From assembly GCA_965199955.1 (NCBI GenBank), contig CBDATQ010000001.1, forward strand, positions 2,080,001 to 2,144,000: a stretch of DNA of 64,000 bases, read 5' to 3'. The stretch comes from Spirochaetia bacterium. Its GTDB lineage: Bacteria; Spirochaetota; Spirochaetia; SZUA-6; Bin103. Shown piece after piece: positions 62,237 through 64,000 of this stretch (position 1 is the first letter of the stretch; the number at the start of each line of letters is the position of its first letter). The notes beneath the pieces are model-generated. The model saw only the letters and a list, made by a program, of their open reading frames with translations. It ran no database searches and was not told where the DNA came from. Made by a program: the position numbers and the translations under genes.

Positions 62237-62710
62237 ATGAAAGCGGAGCAAGACAGCAGGAAGCACGAATCGCAGGGGAAGCAGGGCGGGAAGCGCCCCC
62301 GTGTCTTCAAGGTCGACGTAGACCGGATTGCCGAAGAGCTTGAGGAGGCCGGCGTCACTGGCCTCCACAAGAGCACGCTCGCCGCGATGCTCGAAGACCT
62401 TGACGAGACGGTCGAATCGGTTCGCGGCAAGCGGTCGAACGTCGTGATGGTCAGAGTCAGCAACGAAAGCCTGGACAGGCTGGACGACCTGGTCGAGTGC
62501 GGCCTGACCCGCAGCCGCTCGGAGGCGGCCGCCTTCCTCATCACGGAGGGCGTCAAGGCAAGAAGGGACCTCTTCGACAAGATCGCCGATCAGACGCGCG
62601 TGATCCGGAAGGCCAAGGAACGGCTGAAGGAGCTCCTCAAGGACGAGGAGCTCCCACGGAAAGACGGCGAAGCGACCGTCGTAATCGCAGACGCCCGCCA
62701 AGTCACGTGA
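62237..62710 (+). CDS. ribbon-helix-helix (CopG/Arc-like) protein with coiled-coil tail
   Basis: NVVMVRVSNESLDRLDDLVECGLTRSRSEAAAFLITEG. Stop overlaps the GTG of the next permease. Confidence 0.75.
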   Translation: MKAEQDSRKHESQGKQGGKRPRVFKVDVDRIAEELEEAGVTGLHKSTLAAMLEDLDETVESVRGKRSNVVMVRVSNESLDRLDDLVECGLTRSRSEAAAFLITEGVKARRDLFDKIADQTRVIRKAKERLKELLKDEELPRKDGEATVVIADARQVT

Positions 62711-64000
62711 TCTTCCGAGAGGATCTGCGCATGAGCGTGCGCGCGCTGCTCGGCCGGCCGGCCGAGTCGCTGCTCCTGTCGCTCGGCGTGGCGCTCGCCG
62801 TCGGCGCCACGGCAGCCGGCGTCACGCTTGCCGGCACCACGCGGGCGCAGTCGGAGGAGCTGCTGGCGTCGCCCCGCTACCGCGAGATCGTCGTGTCCAC
62901 GCGCGCGGAGACGTCCACCATGGCGTTGCCGGCGCGGATGCGCGGCGCTGCGGACCTGGTCCTTGGTGTCGACGACCTGGAACGCGCGCGCTCGGTGGCC
63001 CCGGCAGTCCAGTACGCTTACCTGTCCAACCCGACCGGGTTCCTGCTCGGCGAAATCCCGCTTCCCACCGACATCGCAAAGTCCGCCGCCGGCCCAGCGG
63101 GAACGTCGGCGGCGTCAGCCGGGCCGGCGGGCACGACCGGTGCGGTGCAGGTATTTGTCATGCCGGCCACGTCTTCGACGTCCGGGCCGGCCGATGCCAC
63201 GAAGCTCGGTTCGGCGACGCGGGCCGATTCGGCGGGTGCCACCGGCGGTGCCGGTACGGCTCTCATGGGGGGCACGGTGACGAAGGGAGCGGTGGTGTCG
63301 GGAGACGACGCGAAGCAACTCCTGTCGGCCAAGGATCTGACCGGCTTCTCCCAGTCGATGGTGTCCGCACCCGACGGCCCGCAGCCGCAACTGGAGTACC
63401 TGCACGGGATGGAAATCACGCCCGATTTCTTCGTCGCGCGGGGTCTCGCCGCTGCGGCCGGCAGCCTGTTCGCCGAAGCAGACATGGCGCGGGGCGAACC
63501 GGTCCTGGTGCTGGGCTCGCAGCTCGGCGCGACCCTGTTCGAGGACGGAGCGGCACTGGACCGACAGGTGTTGTCGATGAACCGCCTGTCCTTGCTCCGA
63601 CCGGCACCGAGGTGGACGAGCAGGTGTTCACGCCAGCGCTGCAGGCCGCGGACAGAGTCAAGGAGTTCGCCATCAAGACTGCGGGCACGAATACCAACCT
63701 GCGATTCACCGTCGCGGACCCGGCGCACCTGGACGAGGCGCGTGCGCAGCTTGCCGGTCACTTCGCAGCCGCCTAAGGAGAGGGCGCCGTGTCGATCGGC
63801 ATCCCGCGGGCGGAGGCGCAGTCGACGGCCGATCGCTACCGGCGCCTGGTCACCATCATCCTCTTTCTGGCGCTGTCGGCGCTGACGATCGCGGCGGTCA
63901 ACATGACCAACATCTTCTACGGCCGTGCCGTCCGCAGGCAGCGCTCGGCGGGCATTCTCAAGGCGGTGGGTGCCAGCATGGGGCAGGTGTTCGCCGTCTT
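62707..64000 (+). pseudogene. third MacB/FtsX permease with low-complexity insert, frameshift and in-frame stop; runs off the window
   Basis: EDLR...R.LLGRPAES as in 59326. About 100 aa of Ala/Gly/Thr/Ser insert, deletion/frameshift near 63590, TAA at 63774-63776 where the paralog has TAC. Confidence 0.78.

Overview
Very GC-rich bacterial DNA, densely coding. I found no rRNA, tRNA or CRISPR array. The gene mix (four PhyH-family Fe(II)/2-oxoglutarate enzymes, many dehydrogenases, aldolases and ABC importers, and a solute-binding protein starting '...FLFAAGEEE') suggests a marine or sponge-associated symbiont, possibly Spirochaetota; this is inference only. Intact modules: a small catabolic operon (0.7-6.2 kb); a TroABCD-type Mn/Zn/Fe importer whose first permease is fused to a DtxR/MntR repressor domain; MNT-HEPN; a MutS-related ATPase; recQ; scattered inositol genes (Gfo/Idh, iolD, iolG coupled to a cytochrome P450, iolE-like); a LIV-type importer with a fused binding protein-permease; an ABC-2 exporter; a sugar ABC importer; typA; pdxH; and a terminal accessory region with an IS1380 remnant, secreted small proteins and MacB-like permeases. 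Between these lie many collapsed gene remnants with internal deletions, nonsense codons and 14-bp tandem duplications. Top leads: (1) a ~130-nt homologous leader repeated in front of two unrelated secreted small-protein genes, one with 8 Cys, beside MacB-like permeases; (2) a PhyH enzyme with the halogenase-type H-x-G iron motif; (3) the permease-DtxR fusion with a candidate operator; (4) a P450 coupled to iolG; (5) microhomology-driven genome erosion; (6) apparently widespread leaderless transcripts.
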